A DNA stretch of 64,000 nucleotides from Tortispora ganteri (Eukaryota), in NCBI GenBank assembly GCA_003707115.1, contig PPNB01000001.1:62001-126000 (forward strand), in the 5' to 3' direction. The notes below the pieces were generated by a model that was given only the letters and a program-made list of their open reading frames with translations, did not search any database and was not told the origin of the DNA. The translations under genes were made by a program, and so were the position numbers. Numbering within the stretch: the stretch's first letter is position 1; each line of letters begins with the position of its first letter. Of this stretch, positions 10,319-22,412 are shown piece by piece.

Positions 10319-13300
10319 TTAGTAAAGCAATTCGCCTGAACTAGTTTGTTGCACAAACTTCTGAGCTTCTATCTGAGAAACATATCCAACAGAGGATGAT
10401 TTTCCTTCCAGCGTAACACCATAAAACTGATCTCCACTCTCAAGAAGTTCTGGTCTAAATGTAGTGCACAAAAATTGAGCATGGCTAGTTCTCGACATTT
10501 CTTTGATCAAAACAGCAACTCTTTGACGATATTGCTGATCTAAATTAGCATCAATCTCATCAAACAAGTAAAATGGAGCAGGGTCAGTCAATTGTATGGC
10601 AAATATAAGCACTAATGCAGTCAAAGTTTTCTGACCGCCGGAGATTTGCTCAATGAGCATTTGTTCATCCTGTAAACAGTTAAACGATACTGAGATTTTG
10701 ACACCTACATATTCTTCATCTGTTGAACCATCGCCATTACCGTCCATCTCTAGATCAGAATCGTTATCATCAAACGAATTATCATCATGTACAGTAGAAG
10801 AGTGAGAGTTTTTCTTACTCAATAATTCCATCGTAGCTTTGCCGTTAGGTACCAATTTTTTAAATAACTTGGTAAAGTTCTCAGAAATAACAGCATAAGA
10901 AGAACTAAAGGCATGCGAACGCTTTTCTTCCAATACTGGTAGCAGTTCGTCGATAGCTAAACGGGATCTCTTAATTTCTTCACAGCGGGCTTCCAACCCA
11001 TCTTTTTGTCGCATAAATGACGTATACTTATCAAAAGCATTCTGGTTAACGTTAACCATACTTTTTAAGATATCCCGTTCCTTTTTTAGAATCTTCACCA
11101 ACTCATCAGAAGAAGTGTTCTGATACGTTCGCAATCGATCTTCTGGAACAAGTCCAACGTTGCGTAAACGCTCTGAAACTTCATTCTTGCGGCTTATAAG
11201 TAAACCCCGATGGGCCATATTACTTTTCAATGTTTTTTCCAACTCTTCTAATGATTTGGTAACATCTTGTTCAGCACCCTGCACTATTCTTTTCTCTCGC
11301 TCTATATCGGAAATTTCAGCTCGAAAAGACTCACAGGATGATTCCAACCTTTGAAGTTTCTCTTGTAATTGTGAAATTACAAGTTCAAGTTCTTCCTGGC
11401 TCACTGGATTTGCAGAAGAATCCAGCTCTGATAATGCAACTTTCAAGTTGTCAAGATCTCTTGATATACTATTCTTTTTTGTAAGTAAAACCTGTTCAAT
11501 TTCTGCCTCAACCGAATGAAGAGTATCCATCTGCTCAGTTAGTTGCATGTAAAGGGAGTTATGATGATTTCGCATCTCTGGAACAGCTTCTTTAAGGTAT
11601 GATAATGATTTTTGCTCATCAGCAGATAAAGAAGAATCGAATGAAGTTTCCTTTTCTTGTTCGTTTTTAATTACCAACGTCTGCAGTCGTTCAATGTCAC
11701 CATTAACATTTGCAATTTTACCTTGCAGCTCTTTCAAATATTCCCCAACTTGAGATTTCCTCAGGTTGAATACTCGTATTTCTTCTCGAAGAGATGAAAC
11801 TTCATCAGACAACTGATCGCTGCGGACATTAAGCTTGCCAATCTCTCCAGAGCTGATAGTGAATTCTTGATTTTGTCGCATTAACTCATTTGCAATCTCA
11901 TGTGCTTTACGATCATTCGCAGAAACTTTTTCTACTAGTCTCTTGTAGTTCTGAGCCACATCCATTTTAGAACGCCCGCGGTCAACAAAACCTCCGTATA
12001 AAGCACCTGATTTGTCTGATCTTTCTCCGTTGATTGTTATGGCTGTTATTCCTTGCGTCTTTGCAACTCTTGAAGCGGTTTCAATGTCAGGGCACACTGC
12101 AATGTTTCCAAAGATAAACTTGACAGCGGCTTCAATATTTTCGTCGTATTTGATCCGGTTAATCAAAGAGATGGTATCATCACTTTGTATGACGGAAATT
12201 TTTGGAACTTGAATTCTATTTAGAGGAATGAAAGTCGCACGCCCGTTGGCTTTCTCGCCAACCAGATTCATGAGTTTTGAGGCAGTTTCCTCTGTATCAA
12301 CAACCACATAAAATAACGAGTTTCCTGCTGAGATTTCGGCTGATAGACGAAATTGAGATTGCACTTGTATGAGATCGCAAACGACACCATAATAGCCTTC
12401 AATACCCTCATTAGCTGAAAGTCGATAAATGTAATCCAAAGCTCTTGACTGTTTTTCAGACATACACACGTTAAAATGCCTTCGAGCCTGTTCTAAGGCT
12501 TCTTTATCATCCAGAATGAGAGAATTGAGTTTAGCTTCGTCTTTCCATAGCCGACGTCGACGCTCAGTGATTTCCTGATGCCTCTGCGTCAAATTTTTGC
12601 GCTTGCTGGCAAGCTCTGCAATCTCTGAATCAAGTTGAGCCAGCCTTTCAACCTTCAGTTGTAGAGGAGCATCAAATTCTTCGTATTGACGCATAAGAGT
12701 ATCATTTTCACTTTCTAGTTCAGATTTATACTCCATCTTGAGAGCGATCTGTTGCTTTAGGGAATCAATTTCCTGGTCAAACCAGGCGTTTCTCTGCTCC
12801 AAAGAATCAAAATGTCTATTTCGTCCGCTTTTAGCTAAAAGGTGGTCCAACGAGGACTGTGCTTCTAATAGTTGTGTGCGAAATTTTGCTTCTTCATTCT
12901 CCAGATCAGATACGGTCAATGCTATAGTTTGTCGTTCTTGTTTCTTTGAGTCTAGTGTTTGCAGAACTGCGCGCTTCTCAGCTTCGAGAGATGCTATTTG
13001 GCTGAGGATGTCATTGCGTCGTGAAATCTGATCTTGAAGGTAAATAGACGACTCTGCTAAGGAACGTGAGGCAGACTGCAGATCAGATTGAACACTTGCT
13101 TTTTCAACCTGCTTAACACGCAATGATGTGCGAACCTCATTCTCTTCGCGTTCGATGTCTTGCAATTTAGCTGTTTGAGCCAGAAGCAGGGACTTGTAGG
13201 AGTCAAGTTGAGAAGCGGAGTGCTGATGCTGAGAGGAAAGAGTCGACAATGCGTTGTTAAGTTCAGTAAGTTCTCTATCAAGTAAGATATACTCTGCAGC

Positions 13301-14032
13301 TTGCTTTGAATTAGAGTGATCTCTATATTGGATTAGGTCAGCTTTTTCTTCTTCGAGTTCGGCTATGCGTTCCTTTATATCTGAAAGGAGTTCTTGCGCT
13401 TCATTTATTTTGGAGTCTGATTCCTTTAACATAATTAAACTTTCTTCCTTTTTTTTATCGTAGAGAGTTGCCCCAGATGCGTCTTTAATCAAGTCTATGA
13501 GATCTGCAGGCTTGGCGTGTGCCAGTGAGGTTATACGGCCTTGAGGGACGATATAGTATGGATTTGAAGAAACAAATCCTGCACATTCCAGTAATCCAGT
13601 TACCTCGGATCTTGTAGATATCTTTCCATTTATGGAGTACTCATCTTTGCGCGGACCAATTGTGCGACGTAAACTGACTTGATCGGGTAAGCCAATGAAT
13701 TTCCGGTCAACATTGTCAAATACGATTTCAACGAAAGCATTCTGTGGCGCTATGTTCGCTTGAGAGTCTTCGTGAAGCAAGCTATTTCTTTCTTCTTGAG
13801 AGATGTTATTATATGAATCTGAAAGAACAAATCGCAGGGCGGCAAAGAGATTGCTCTTACCGGACCCATTTCTGCCTACAATTACGTTGACTCCCGGGTC
13901 AATATTGTCCACGATTACTTCTCCCTTGTACGACTTGAACCCTCTTATTACTATCTAAAAAATGCGTTAGAATAAACAATTCTCAAAAAAATTAAACCAA
14001 TGAATACTATTACTTACTTGTTTGATGTGCAT
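10319..14032 (-). CDS. SMC3: Cohesin subunit Smc3; exons 14032-14018 and 13954-10319
   Basis: MHIKQ/IVIRGFKSY after intron 14017-13955; GRNGSGKSN, NPYYIVPQG, SGGQK, PAPFYLFDEIDANLD. Confidence 0.93.
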
Positions 14033-14101
14033 TCGCGTTAAAATGGCAGGTAAATGTGACGCGATGGTATATAATGTTGGTAGGTAAGTTTGGATACGCG
14101 T
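14033..14101. promoter_or_regulatory. MCB-like elements upstream of SMC3
   Basis: ACGCGT at 14096-14101 plus CGCG cores near 14034 and 14060; SMC3 is a classic MBF (G1/S) target. Confidence 0.55.
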
Positions 14102-14198
14102 CTTGGGAGGTTTGGTTCCGTACCGTGACGTGCCAGATTATACATGGTTCCTCAGAAGAAATCAATAAAGGGAGAAATGTCATTTCAATATTGCATAT

Positions 14199-16616
14199 TC
14201 ATGAACCGTAGTCCGTTGAGGGAAGCCTAGGGTTTAGAGTAATAATAGGCTTCTCGAGTGGTTTTATCAGGCTCGGATTCACAAATAGCTGGTGTTTTTC
14301 GCGCTCTTCGTCAAGCGTCCACGATGAAGCTCTAGGCCTAATTCGCCGGTGTATTGACTTCAACGCAATGAAAAAGCAGAGTGGTGAATAATTCCTGTAG
14401 AAATTCAGAATAAACCCAGCAGTGATAACTGGCGCAAATGCCAATAGAGTTGCAAGGTAATAAGCTTCATGTAAAGCAAGAACACCAACCATGGTGAGTT
14501 GAAAAATGAGCAAACCGGCTGATACTCTATAAAAAATAATCGGCCATGCTCGTCCTGTTGAGTGATGAACATGTTCCATGGAGTATAGTAACTGGTACTT
14601 GTATGTAATATATCCAAGGACGAAATACATTAAACCGCATGCCAGTATCTTTGTGGACATCACAGAATATATCAGACAAATAACAAGAATTAAAATAGGT
14701 TGAGGCAGCATTAACCCATAATTAAAATCTGGAGGTTTGGTCATCTCAATGTAATCTCGAGTGGTCTTTGCCTTCGCCCATGCGATCGGAAACTTAAGTA
14801 CAGATCCAATCTGTAGTAATCGGAAAGGAAACATTGCAAGACCTTGTAAAATTATAAGATCACCGTAGAAAAGCGATAGTTCTCTCAATGAAGAAGCTAA
14901 AAGATACGCAATCTTTGTGGTATCTTTGATGAAAGACCAATAATTCGATGCAGTACCTGCAATGGTAAAAACCACGAACAAATTCACAAATATGAAGAAG
15001 AAGTTTTTAGTAATCACTGAGAGCTCTACATCACTTCGTGAGACAAATCCTTGTAGTGATGACAGGTAGTCATACAAATAAGGAATCGACACGTTCAAGA
15101 GGGTGAAAATAACAGGCGGCAATAGTCCAGTAACAAAGAACATTAACGGAGGTGAGTTCTTTAGTAGCCTTCCAAGTGCAGGCCAGACTTTAGCAATAGG
15201 TTTGTAGTTAAGAAATGTTGCCAAATAACTGACCGGAACAACAAATGCAATAGAAAAAACAGCGATTATGACAGTTATTGACCACGTCCGAATTAGTCTT
15301 TCTACCCGGCCCATGTATATGTTTTTCCATATTATGTCATTAGGTGAGGGAGCTAAATATGCCACTAAGCGGTGCGGTTTCGGGTCTAGAACAGCTTGAG
15401 ATACCATCTGAGCGGAAGCAACATCAGACATTGTAACAAAACTATTTCCAGTAGACTTATAGGCCTTTTGTCGGGCCGTATATATGCGCCTTTCAATCTC
15501 TTCGAGTCGATCAGTGTAGTAATCGATTGCATCAACCTTGCGGCCCGAAATTCCGCAAAATCCAACGCGTATCTTAGGTCGCAATGTCGATGAATGATTC
15601 TCTGCGTAAGGATCAAGTAAATCAGCATCCTGTAGCAATGGAGAATTTTCTTGCGGGTTAGCACCGGTATCTAATGGATCAGAATTTTCCTCCAAATTTA
15701 TAGGAGTGTCAGAAGTTATATTGGAGTTCATGTTCGGGGTTATTCGTAAGTTTCTCGCTCGACGTAGATACGTAGCCCAAGCAGATTCCAGCTTTCTTAG
15801 AACTTGTTCGTGCTTTGTTACTAGTTTATCAAGCTCATTCCAGTTTCGGCATATTGTAACAGATTGCACACCTCCAATTCCTAAAGATTTTATATGTGCT
15901 GTCAGGGTCTCTTCATTTTGAAGTTGCTTAGGTATCCCGGCAAATCGAATAGTGCGATCAGTGATGGAATTCTGAAGTCCGAGGTACTTTTGGCGAAGGC
16001 GCACGACCTTTAGAGTCTGAAGGCGTAAGAAGTAAGTGGATACAAATGTGAAAACGTAGACAAATATAACATAGGTCCACAGATAGGAATTAGGTGGTAT
16101 ATCGGGAGTGGTTGGATCAACTTGATATTGATGAGAAGCACTTCTACTGCTAAAATCGAGCGCTAATGAAGAGTTTGTATGAGGGTTGTCATAGTCATAA
16201 TCTCCGGTAAATGCCAAACGTATAGGACTGATGACAGTGACACCAAAGAATAAGCACACCGCGAGCAGCTGCATTGACATCTTGAAAAAACCAAGAAACA
16301 CGTATGCGTCTAATCCACAATGATCGAGTATTTGATCATCGGATATACGCAAAAAAGGCACAATCCACCCAAACATAGATCTACTTAGAACCGGTAGACC
16401 AGGACGAGATCTCACCCTTGGAGCGTATATGTCATTCCATCTTGTACGTACTACGCAGAACGTAAGAAAGGCGGTAAGCCCAGCGGCAGCAGCCAAAATG
16501 AGCTGCGTAGTCATCACACGTTGACTTTGAGTTTTAGGATCAAATGAAGGAGGTAATGATGGTTCTTCTGATGCGTTTAAAGCCATTTGGTGCCATGTTT
16601 GCAGTATCGAAGTCAT
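14199..16616 (-). CDS. CSC1: OSCA/TMEM63 calcium-permeable stress-gated channel
   Basis: GLDAYVFLGFF, LAPSPNDIIWKN, YKYQLLY; multiple TM segments. Confidence 0.88.
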   Translation of the reverse strand: MTSILQTWHQMALNASEEPSLPPSFDPKTQSQRVMTTQLILAAAAGLTAFLTFCVVRTRWNDIYAPRVRSRPGLPVLSRSMFGWIVPFLRISDDQILDHCGLDAYVFLGFFKMSMQLLAVCLFFGVTVISPIRLAFTGDYDYDNPHTNSSLALDFSSRSASHQYQVDPTTPDIPPNSYLWTYVIFVYVFTFVSTYFLRLQTLKVVRLRQKYLGLQNSITDRTIRFAGIPKQLQNEETLTAHIKSLGIGGVQSVTICRNWNELDKLVTKHEQVLRKLESAWATYLRRARNLRITPNMNSNITSDTPINLEENSDPLDTGANPQENSPLLQDADLLDPYAENHSSTLRPKIRVGFCGISGRKVDAIDYYTDRLEEIERRIYTARQKAYKSTGNSFVTMSDVASAQMVSQAVLDPKPHRLVAYLAPSPNDIIWKNIYMGRVERLIRTWSITVIIAVFSIAFVVPVSYLATFLNYKPIAKVWPALGRLLKNSPPLMFFVTGLLPPVIFTLLNVSIPYLYDYLSSLQGFVSRSDVELSVITKNFFFIFVNLFVVFTIAGTASNYWSFIKDTTKIAYLLASSLRELSLFYGDLIILQGLAMFPFRLLQIGSVLKFPIAWAKAKTTRDYIEMTKPPDFNYGLMLPQPILILVICLIYSVMSTKILACGLMYFVLGYITYKYQLLYSMEHVHHSTGRAWPIIFYRVSAGLLIFQLTMVGVLALHEAYYLATLLAFAPVITAGFILNFYRNYSPLCFFIALKSIHRRIRPRASSWTLDEEREKHQLFVNPSLIKPLEKPIITLNPRLPSTDYGS

Positions 16617-17342
16617 ATTGATAAGTTGTCAGCTGGGAACGGTAAACCGTACACACCTATGATTTAGTAGAGCAGAAGTTTTAATAACAAAATCAACTTC
16701 CAGAATCAGCTTTACCTTTGACAATAGAATGTAGCGGTGTTTTTTCTATCTCTCTCAACAGCTGAGAGGCCTTTAACTTAATATTACAATTGGCTATCCG
16801 AATGTAAAAGTGAACTGCTTCAGGGTCAAGCGTGAATTCTTCCGGAGGGGCGATTGGGTTGTTTTGAATACAGTTTAGGGTTACCAGAGAGATATTCTGA
16901 TTATAAAGGCTGTGTGGTATACAGCACGTCCGACGCCTTTACGCGTCGATCTGTGACTTTATTGCTTCTTTATACTGAGAGTAGCTGAATACTAAAGCTA
17001 AATTGAGCCTTATTTCTGTATATATGGTTAAGATTTGAGCTGTCAATATAATTTAGTGCTGATATCTGCTTAACACCGCCGGTTCAATCAAGGAGTAACG
17101 ACCTACTGGAGTTCAGTCGAGTCTACGACAAGTTTGTTAATTTGAAGGGAATATTCACGGTATTATCTTGCTTTTTGACTCTTCAAAGATTTATATATTA
17201 GTTATATTGCATTGTTTATGGTGAAATAAGCAGCTACAATTGTCAAAAAGGGTTAACATTTTCTGCTGTTCTTTCTTCAACCTGCGCACTTACAACTTAA
17301 CTTAGATTGTGACACCACAACCAACTACAAGACCACCACAAA

Positions 17343-19226
17343 ATGGATTCTAGTTCTTCGGAGTCTCTATCTCCACCTCCCGAAGCAATACTGGCATCGT
17401 TTGACGCTATAGAAAGGAGTTTGGAAGCTAAGAAACAGAAAAAGCCCAGAAAGAAATTGATGAAAAATGATGCTAAGGTTTCAAAGGAATCTAACGCGAA
17501 AATAAAGAAAAACTCCACTTCAAAAGATAAGCCAAAACATGATAACGAAGCCAAGGTAAAAAGCAGGGCTAAATCTAAATCACATTCCGAATCAACCTCC
17601 AAATCCAAACCCAAGGCTGAATCAGGAAAGAAGTTAAAGAAATCGACCAAGGCACCAAACGATGATTTAGGAAAAAAGACAGCTGAAAAAGCTAGTTCAG
17701 TAACGTCTTTGCCAGTTTCTGATATAATACCTGATCCTGATATAGAAGACAAAGAACCCCATGCCTATACTATAGCTTTGGTTGTGCTTATGCGAAGTAT
17801 TTTCAGTGAACTCTTTCGAGGTGTACCGGATCTATCACCTCAAGATTTAGACAGTTTATTGACATTACCGACAATGGTGTCTGATCTTGAAAAAATATTT
17901 TGCAGATTACTCTCTTTAGCGCTTAATAGACGAAAACACATTGATCCGGGCCATTTTGGACGAGCTTTAGAGGAATTTATTTCTGCTAATACTTACCCAC
18001 AAGCTTCTTATCAAACACCAGAGGTTAATCACTTTCTCAAGACCGAAGCAGCACATTTCTCCATTGCTTCTTATGGAGTCCGCGCAAAATTTCTAAAAAT
18101 TTTGGCACATACTGCTTTGTCGAACTCAGACCAAATACGAGCAATTATAAGTGCAAACTATGGAACTGCTAGGGCCACTGAAAACTTCTCAAATCCCCTT
18201 GTAATAAAACCACAAGGTAGAGACTCCTTTAAAAGATTATACTACTATGTGCCAGGATCCGGACCAGACTCATTATTTGCTGTTTATAGACAGTCCAATC
18301 CTAAAGTCGAGCCCGATAGGTGGGTTTCTATAGCGCAAACTGCTTCAGGAGTACGTGATTTGATAGATTCTTTACGTTCATCAGATCTGAAGGCTACTAA
18401 AGAGTTATGTCAAAGCCTTACAGAGATTTTGCCTCAAATGGAAGAGCGGCAGGAGCGTGCTGCCAAGCTATCTGTTCGAAAAGAAAAGAAGCGCGCTGCG
18501 GAAGCTCGTGCTGTTGCATACCAAATGGAAAAAGCATTAGGAAAGAGAACCAGAGGTAAGAGAATTAATTATGCTACCTTTGAAACTGTCGGAGATGATT
18601 TTGATGATTATACACCTGAACTTGAAGTTGATATGTTTGAATATGATCCTTCCCGCCGTATCAGCAGACGTTTGAGGGGAAACGAGCCTGAAGCAAAATC
18701 TTCTGCAGATCCTGAAGCTATTATTGGCAACAATCGCCATACAGGATTGAGTGAATATGAACATATTGATGACGAGGAGCTCCCAGACATTTCTGCTGAT
18801 GAACAGGAAGAGGAAGACTATGATAAGTTAGATCATCCCAATATCACAAGCACCCCGGAATCTACCAAGGATCCAGATTTAGAATCATCATTGACAGTGG
18901 TATTGAAATATTCAGCTCAAAATAGGGCTGAAGCTTTACGTAATTCAGGCGACAATAGTCCAGATGATTCCACTAATAGTGCCAAAAAAGTTGTCAGTTC
19001 ATACCCGCCAAATGGCAATGTTACGATTAGTGATGAGACTGTTGGTAAATATTCTGGTGACTATGATTCAGTATCCAATTCACTTTTGAAAATGGAGTCA
19101 AAAGACTCTGATATTATGGAGCAGCCCGTTGTACATGTTTTGCATGAATCAAACAGGTCAAGCAATGGTGTCAACGGAGTTAATTACGTCCAAAACTCTA
19201 CGATTCCTGCCTCTTCTGGCTCATAG
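17343..19226 (+). CDS. WHIM-motif chromatin protein (Ioc3/Esc8-like putative ISWI partner)
   Basis: WHIM1-like RAKFLKILAHTALSNSDQIRAII, WHIM2-like PQGRDSFKRLYY, WHIM3-like WVSIAQTASGVRDLIDSL; K-rich N-terminus, acidic tail. Confidence 0.65.
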   Translation: MDSSSSESLSPPPEAILASFDAIERSLEAKKQKKPRKKLMKNDAKVSKESNAKIKKNSTSKDKPKHDNEAKVKSRAKSKSHSESTSKSKPKAESGKKLKKSTKAPNDDLGKKTAEKASSVTSLPVSDIIPDPDIEDKEPHAYTIALVVLMRSIFSELFRGVPDLSPQDLDSLLTLPTMVSDLEKIFCRLLSLALNRRKHIDPGHFGRALEEFISANTYPQASYQTPEVNHFLKTEAAHFSIASYGVRAKFLKILAHTALSNSDQIRAIISANYGTARATENFSNPLVIKPQGRDSFKRLYYYVPGSGPDSLFAVYRQSNPKVEPDRWVSIAQTASGVRDLIDSLRSSDLKATKELCQSLTEILPQMEERQERAAKLSVRKEKKRAAEARAVAYQMEKALGKRTRGKRINYATFETVGDDFDDYTPELEVDMFEYDPSRRISRRLRGNEPEAKSSADPEAIIGNNRHTGLSEYEHIDDEELPDISADEQEEEDYDKLDHPNITSTPESTKDPDLESSLTVVLKYSAQNRAEALRNSGDNSPDDSTNSAKKVVSSYPPNGNVTISDETVGKYSGDYDSVSNSLLKMESKDSDIMEQPVVHVLHESNRSSNGVNGVNYVQNSTIPASSGS

Positions 19227-19334
19227 AAGATACAATGATGTTCTATGTAGTAAAATCTATAGCATGATGAATAACATGGGTATTGTAGATTACAGAAAAT
19301 TTTGGCTTTAGTGGGCACAGTGTTCGTTCACGGA

Positions 19335-20843
19335 TTATATCCGGATTTCAAAAGATCCAGCTTTAGTAAGGTATTTCACCCATTTAACAGTGTTGTAATT
19401 TGAGGGTTCAAAAATTTTCAAATATTTAACTGCAATTCCTGATGAAGCAAACATAGATATGGTGAAATCAGCTTGAATTGGGGGTTTTGCCCATGGTTTT
19501 CTGTTAACCAGTGAAATAAGATCTGCTGATGCAGTCAATGAGTAGTCAGAAGTGCTATTGAGACGGCTAAATTTCCATAATATAGCATTGCTAGAAGGAT
19601 CGTATTTTGCTTTACCACCAGTAGTAGAGATGCCGTGTACAGATGACACATTCGACGGCGTGGGTATTGTTATTACAACATCTTGGATATGAAGCTTCGA
19701 AATAGGAGAGGCTGAACTTCCTGGAGTCAACGTGCTATAGTAAGATTTGAGTGAAACATTGTAATCAATCTTATGGGTGCCAACAAAATTAAGTGATGGA
19801 AACACTTTGAACGGTATGCGGATATTGTCTATAGCTCTATACGTCATTAGTTCGAACTCGCCATCAGGTGGTATAAAAGAAATAGTGCGGTCTGAATCGA
19901 ATCGACCTAAGCGTACACATTGATGGAATTGACAGTTCTGAAATGTTACACCGTCTTGACCGACAATGTCTTTAACTGGCGTATTTGCTTCAAGAAAAAA
20001 CGAGGTGCTTTTAGACGACAGCGACGGTTCCAGAGAAGAGTCATTTAGACCAAACTTACACTCAGGCGTACCAGACAGGCTCGATTTCATTATGATCTTA
20101 CCTGCCACACTAGATGACAGGATATCGCCAAAGGCGTTAAATATGCAGTTTAGTTCTTCTATAACATCCACGAACACTTCGTTCCGCTTGTACTTTAAGC
20201 CAGGGGTTCTCCAAGAGACAGATGCAGCCGCCAGGGAGGACCCACTTTTCAGGGGTGACTTCACAGGTGACTTTTGTGCTAACGTAGTATGTTCTCTGGT
20301 AGTGTTTATTGACAGTGGTTTGCCTAGGGTCAACATTGAAGCGCGTCGAGAAAGTTTCTTAATAGCACTGGGTTTGACGGGTTCTGATTTAGCACTGGAT
20401 TGGCTTTGGTAAGAGTCAGGACCAGCAAATACAAAGTCAAGAACCACATGGTCACTCAAAGACGCGAATTCTGTAATTTGAGGGTAGCCGAAATCTGCTA
20501 CTTCTTCAAGGAACTCGTAGAGTACCGGCACGTTATCCTTGACAGAAGCGGAATTAAATGATCCTAGGAGGGTTGATATTTGCGAAACTAAACAGTACAA
20601 AAACTCAAATATGGTGGCAGCAGCAGCATTTGTTCGTCCGACAGCAACGATGTATAGATCTTCGTGCGTAATGTGGTAGTAAGAAGTGCTACCAATGGTG
20701 AGAACTGGAGAAGGGACCGCCGAAGGGTTTGATATCACTCGGATCCGGAAGACTTCAGCTATAGACCTTCTGAGACCTTCTCTATAAGTTCGCGCTAAAA
20801 CCAATTCACCTTTTTTGTTGTAAAAAAACAAAGCAGCAATCAT
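19335..20843 (-). CDS. APM4: AP-2 adaptor complex mu subunit
   Basis: SWRTPGLKYKRNEVFVDVIE, FHQCVRLGRFDSDRTISFIPPDGEFELM, VKWVKYLTKAGSFEIR; alternative upstream ATG at 20861. Confidence 0.88.
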   Translation of the reverse strand: MIAALFFYNKKGELVLARTYREGLRRSIAEVFRIRVISNPSAVPSPVLTIGSTSYYHITHEDLYIVAVGRTNAAAATIFEFLYCLVSQISTLLGSFNSASVKDNVPVLYEFLEEVADFGYPQITEFASLSDHVVLDFVFAGPDSYQSQSSAKSEPVKPSAIKKLSRRASMLTLGKPLSINTTREHTTLAQKSPVKSPLKSGSSLAAASVSWRTPGLKYKRNEVFVDVIEELNCIFNAFGDILSSSVAGKIIMKSSLSGTPECKFGLNDSSLEPSLSSKSTSFFLEANTPVKDIVGQDGVTFQNCQFHQCVRLGRFDSDRTISFIPPDGEFELMTYRAIDNIRIPFKVFPSLNFVGTHKIDYNVSLKSYYSTLTPGSSASPISKLHIQDVVITIPTPSNVSSVHGISTTGGKAKYDPSSNAILWKFSRLNSTSDYSLTASADLISLVNRKPWAKPPIQADFTISMFASSGIAVKYLKIFEPSNYNTVKWVKYLTKAGSFEIRI

Positions 20844-21006
20844 AATGTCGATAATATACAATAGAAAGTGTAGTGTGAAGAATCAATAAGGAAGTACGTA
20901 GAAGTGGTACTATATCTCCAACATTTGGGAGTCTATCCTACTAACACGAGCAGAAAAGCAAGGGCGTGCAAATAAATTAAGAAGTTTCTATAAGTAGAGT
21001 CTATAC

Positions 21007-22110
21007 TTAAAGTAAGTCGTACTTCACGAATTCATCGTAAAGAGCCTTTCCAAGTCTAGCAGGAGATTTCTCCACTATGACACCGGCACTAGTCAATGCC
21101 TTGATCTTGGAGTCGGCCCCACCTTTTCCGCCAGAGATGATGGCACCGGCATGTCCCATACGACGGCCGGGAGGAGCGGAAACACCAGCAATAAATGAAC
21201 AAACGGGTTTAGGCTGAGCACGAGTTAAGTTGTGCTCTTTAAGGAACTCAGCAGCATCTTCCTCGGCAGAACCACCGATCTCACCAATCATAATGATACC
21301 GTCAGTGTTTTCATCTTCCAAAAAGACAGAGAGCGCATCAATAAAGTTTGTGCCGTTAAAAGGATCACCGCCAATGCCAATGACAAGGGTCTGGCCGAGA
21401 CCAACTGTGGTGGTTTGCGCAACAGCTTCGTAGGTGAGAGTACCGGAACGGGACACAATACCAATTCTGCCACGTTTATGGATATGAGAAGGCATAATAC
21501 CAATCTTGCATTGACCAGGAGAAATTATACCCGGACAATTGGGGCCGACCAAACGGGTTTTGTCCTGGGTTTTCAGAATATTGACAACTCTCATCATGTC
21601 GTGTTGTGGAATACCCTCGGTAATAGCCACTACCAGCGGAATCTCAGCAGCAATGGCTTCTTCGATACTCGCAGCAGCTAATGGAGGAGGGACAAAAATA
21701 CCAGAAGCTGTTGCACCAGTTTCCTTCATAGCTTCTTCGACCGTTGCAAAAATTGGTCGATCCAAGTGGGTCTGACCGGCCTTCTTAGGATTGGTACCGC
21801 CCACTACATTAGTGCCATAGGCAATTGCCTGTTCGGCGTGGAAAGTACCCTGTTTTCCAGTGAAGCCCTGGTAGATGACCTTAGTGTCACTATTTATCAT
21901 CAGGTTCTTTCTTGTACTAGCATATTTGCAAACTACACTGGCGGTAGAGAATTGTCTATTGATTTCATTTGGTCAGTACTGAACGAAATAGAAAACTGAC
22001 AGCATTACGCCCGAAGCACAACGAATAGAAAAATACTGCAGAATAGTAGCATAATTTGCTGAAATATATAGTTAAACCTACCTTTTTGCCGATCTAATTA
22101 TACTCTGCAT
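21007..22110 (-). CDS. LSC1: Succinyl-CoA ligase alpha subunit, mitochondrial; exons 22110-22082 and 21955-21007
   Basis: [24 protein letters not shown]; intron 22081-21956 (GTAGGT..TACTGAC..TAG) gives presequence [16 protein letters not shown]. Confidence 0.93.
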
Positions 22111-22412
22111 ATCTTTTTCTCGACAAAATTGACGTTTTACAGGTCTTTATTAAGAGAGGGGTAGAGATATCAACCTGGGCTTTAAGGACTGCTAAAAAAA
22201 GTCTAAAACTTACACCCACTAATTTCGAATCCCCCACGCCGAACCCTAACCTGATGATTTCGCCGAGAAATAGTCTGTTTTTGGTCGCTTTACGCACGGG
22301 CTTGCCGAGATATATCGGATTCGAAACTTTACTGTGCCTAAAGTTTTGGTTACAAGAACGAAGCACGAATAAAAATAAAGATTGATATAAATATGTTCGC
22401 GATAGTGTGTGG

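Noticed and set aside
21232..21681. Long antisense ORFs inside LSC1, and similar ones in CRN1, ECM33, APM4 and MoaA
   Set aside because: Shadow frames of well-conserved genes with no independent coding signal
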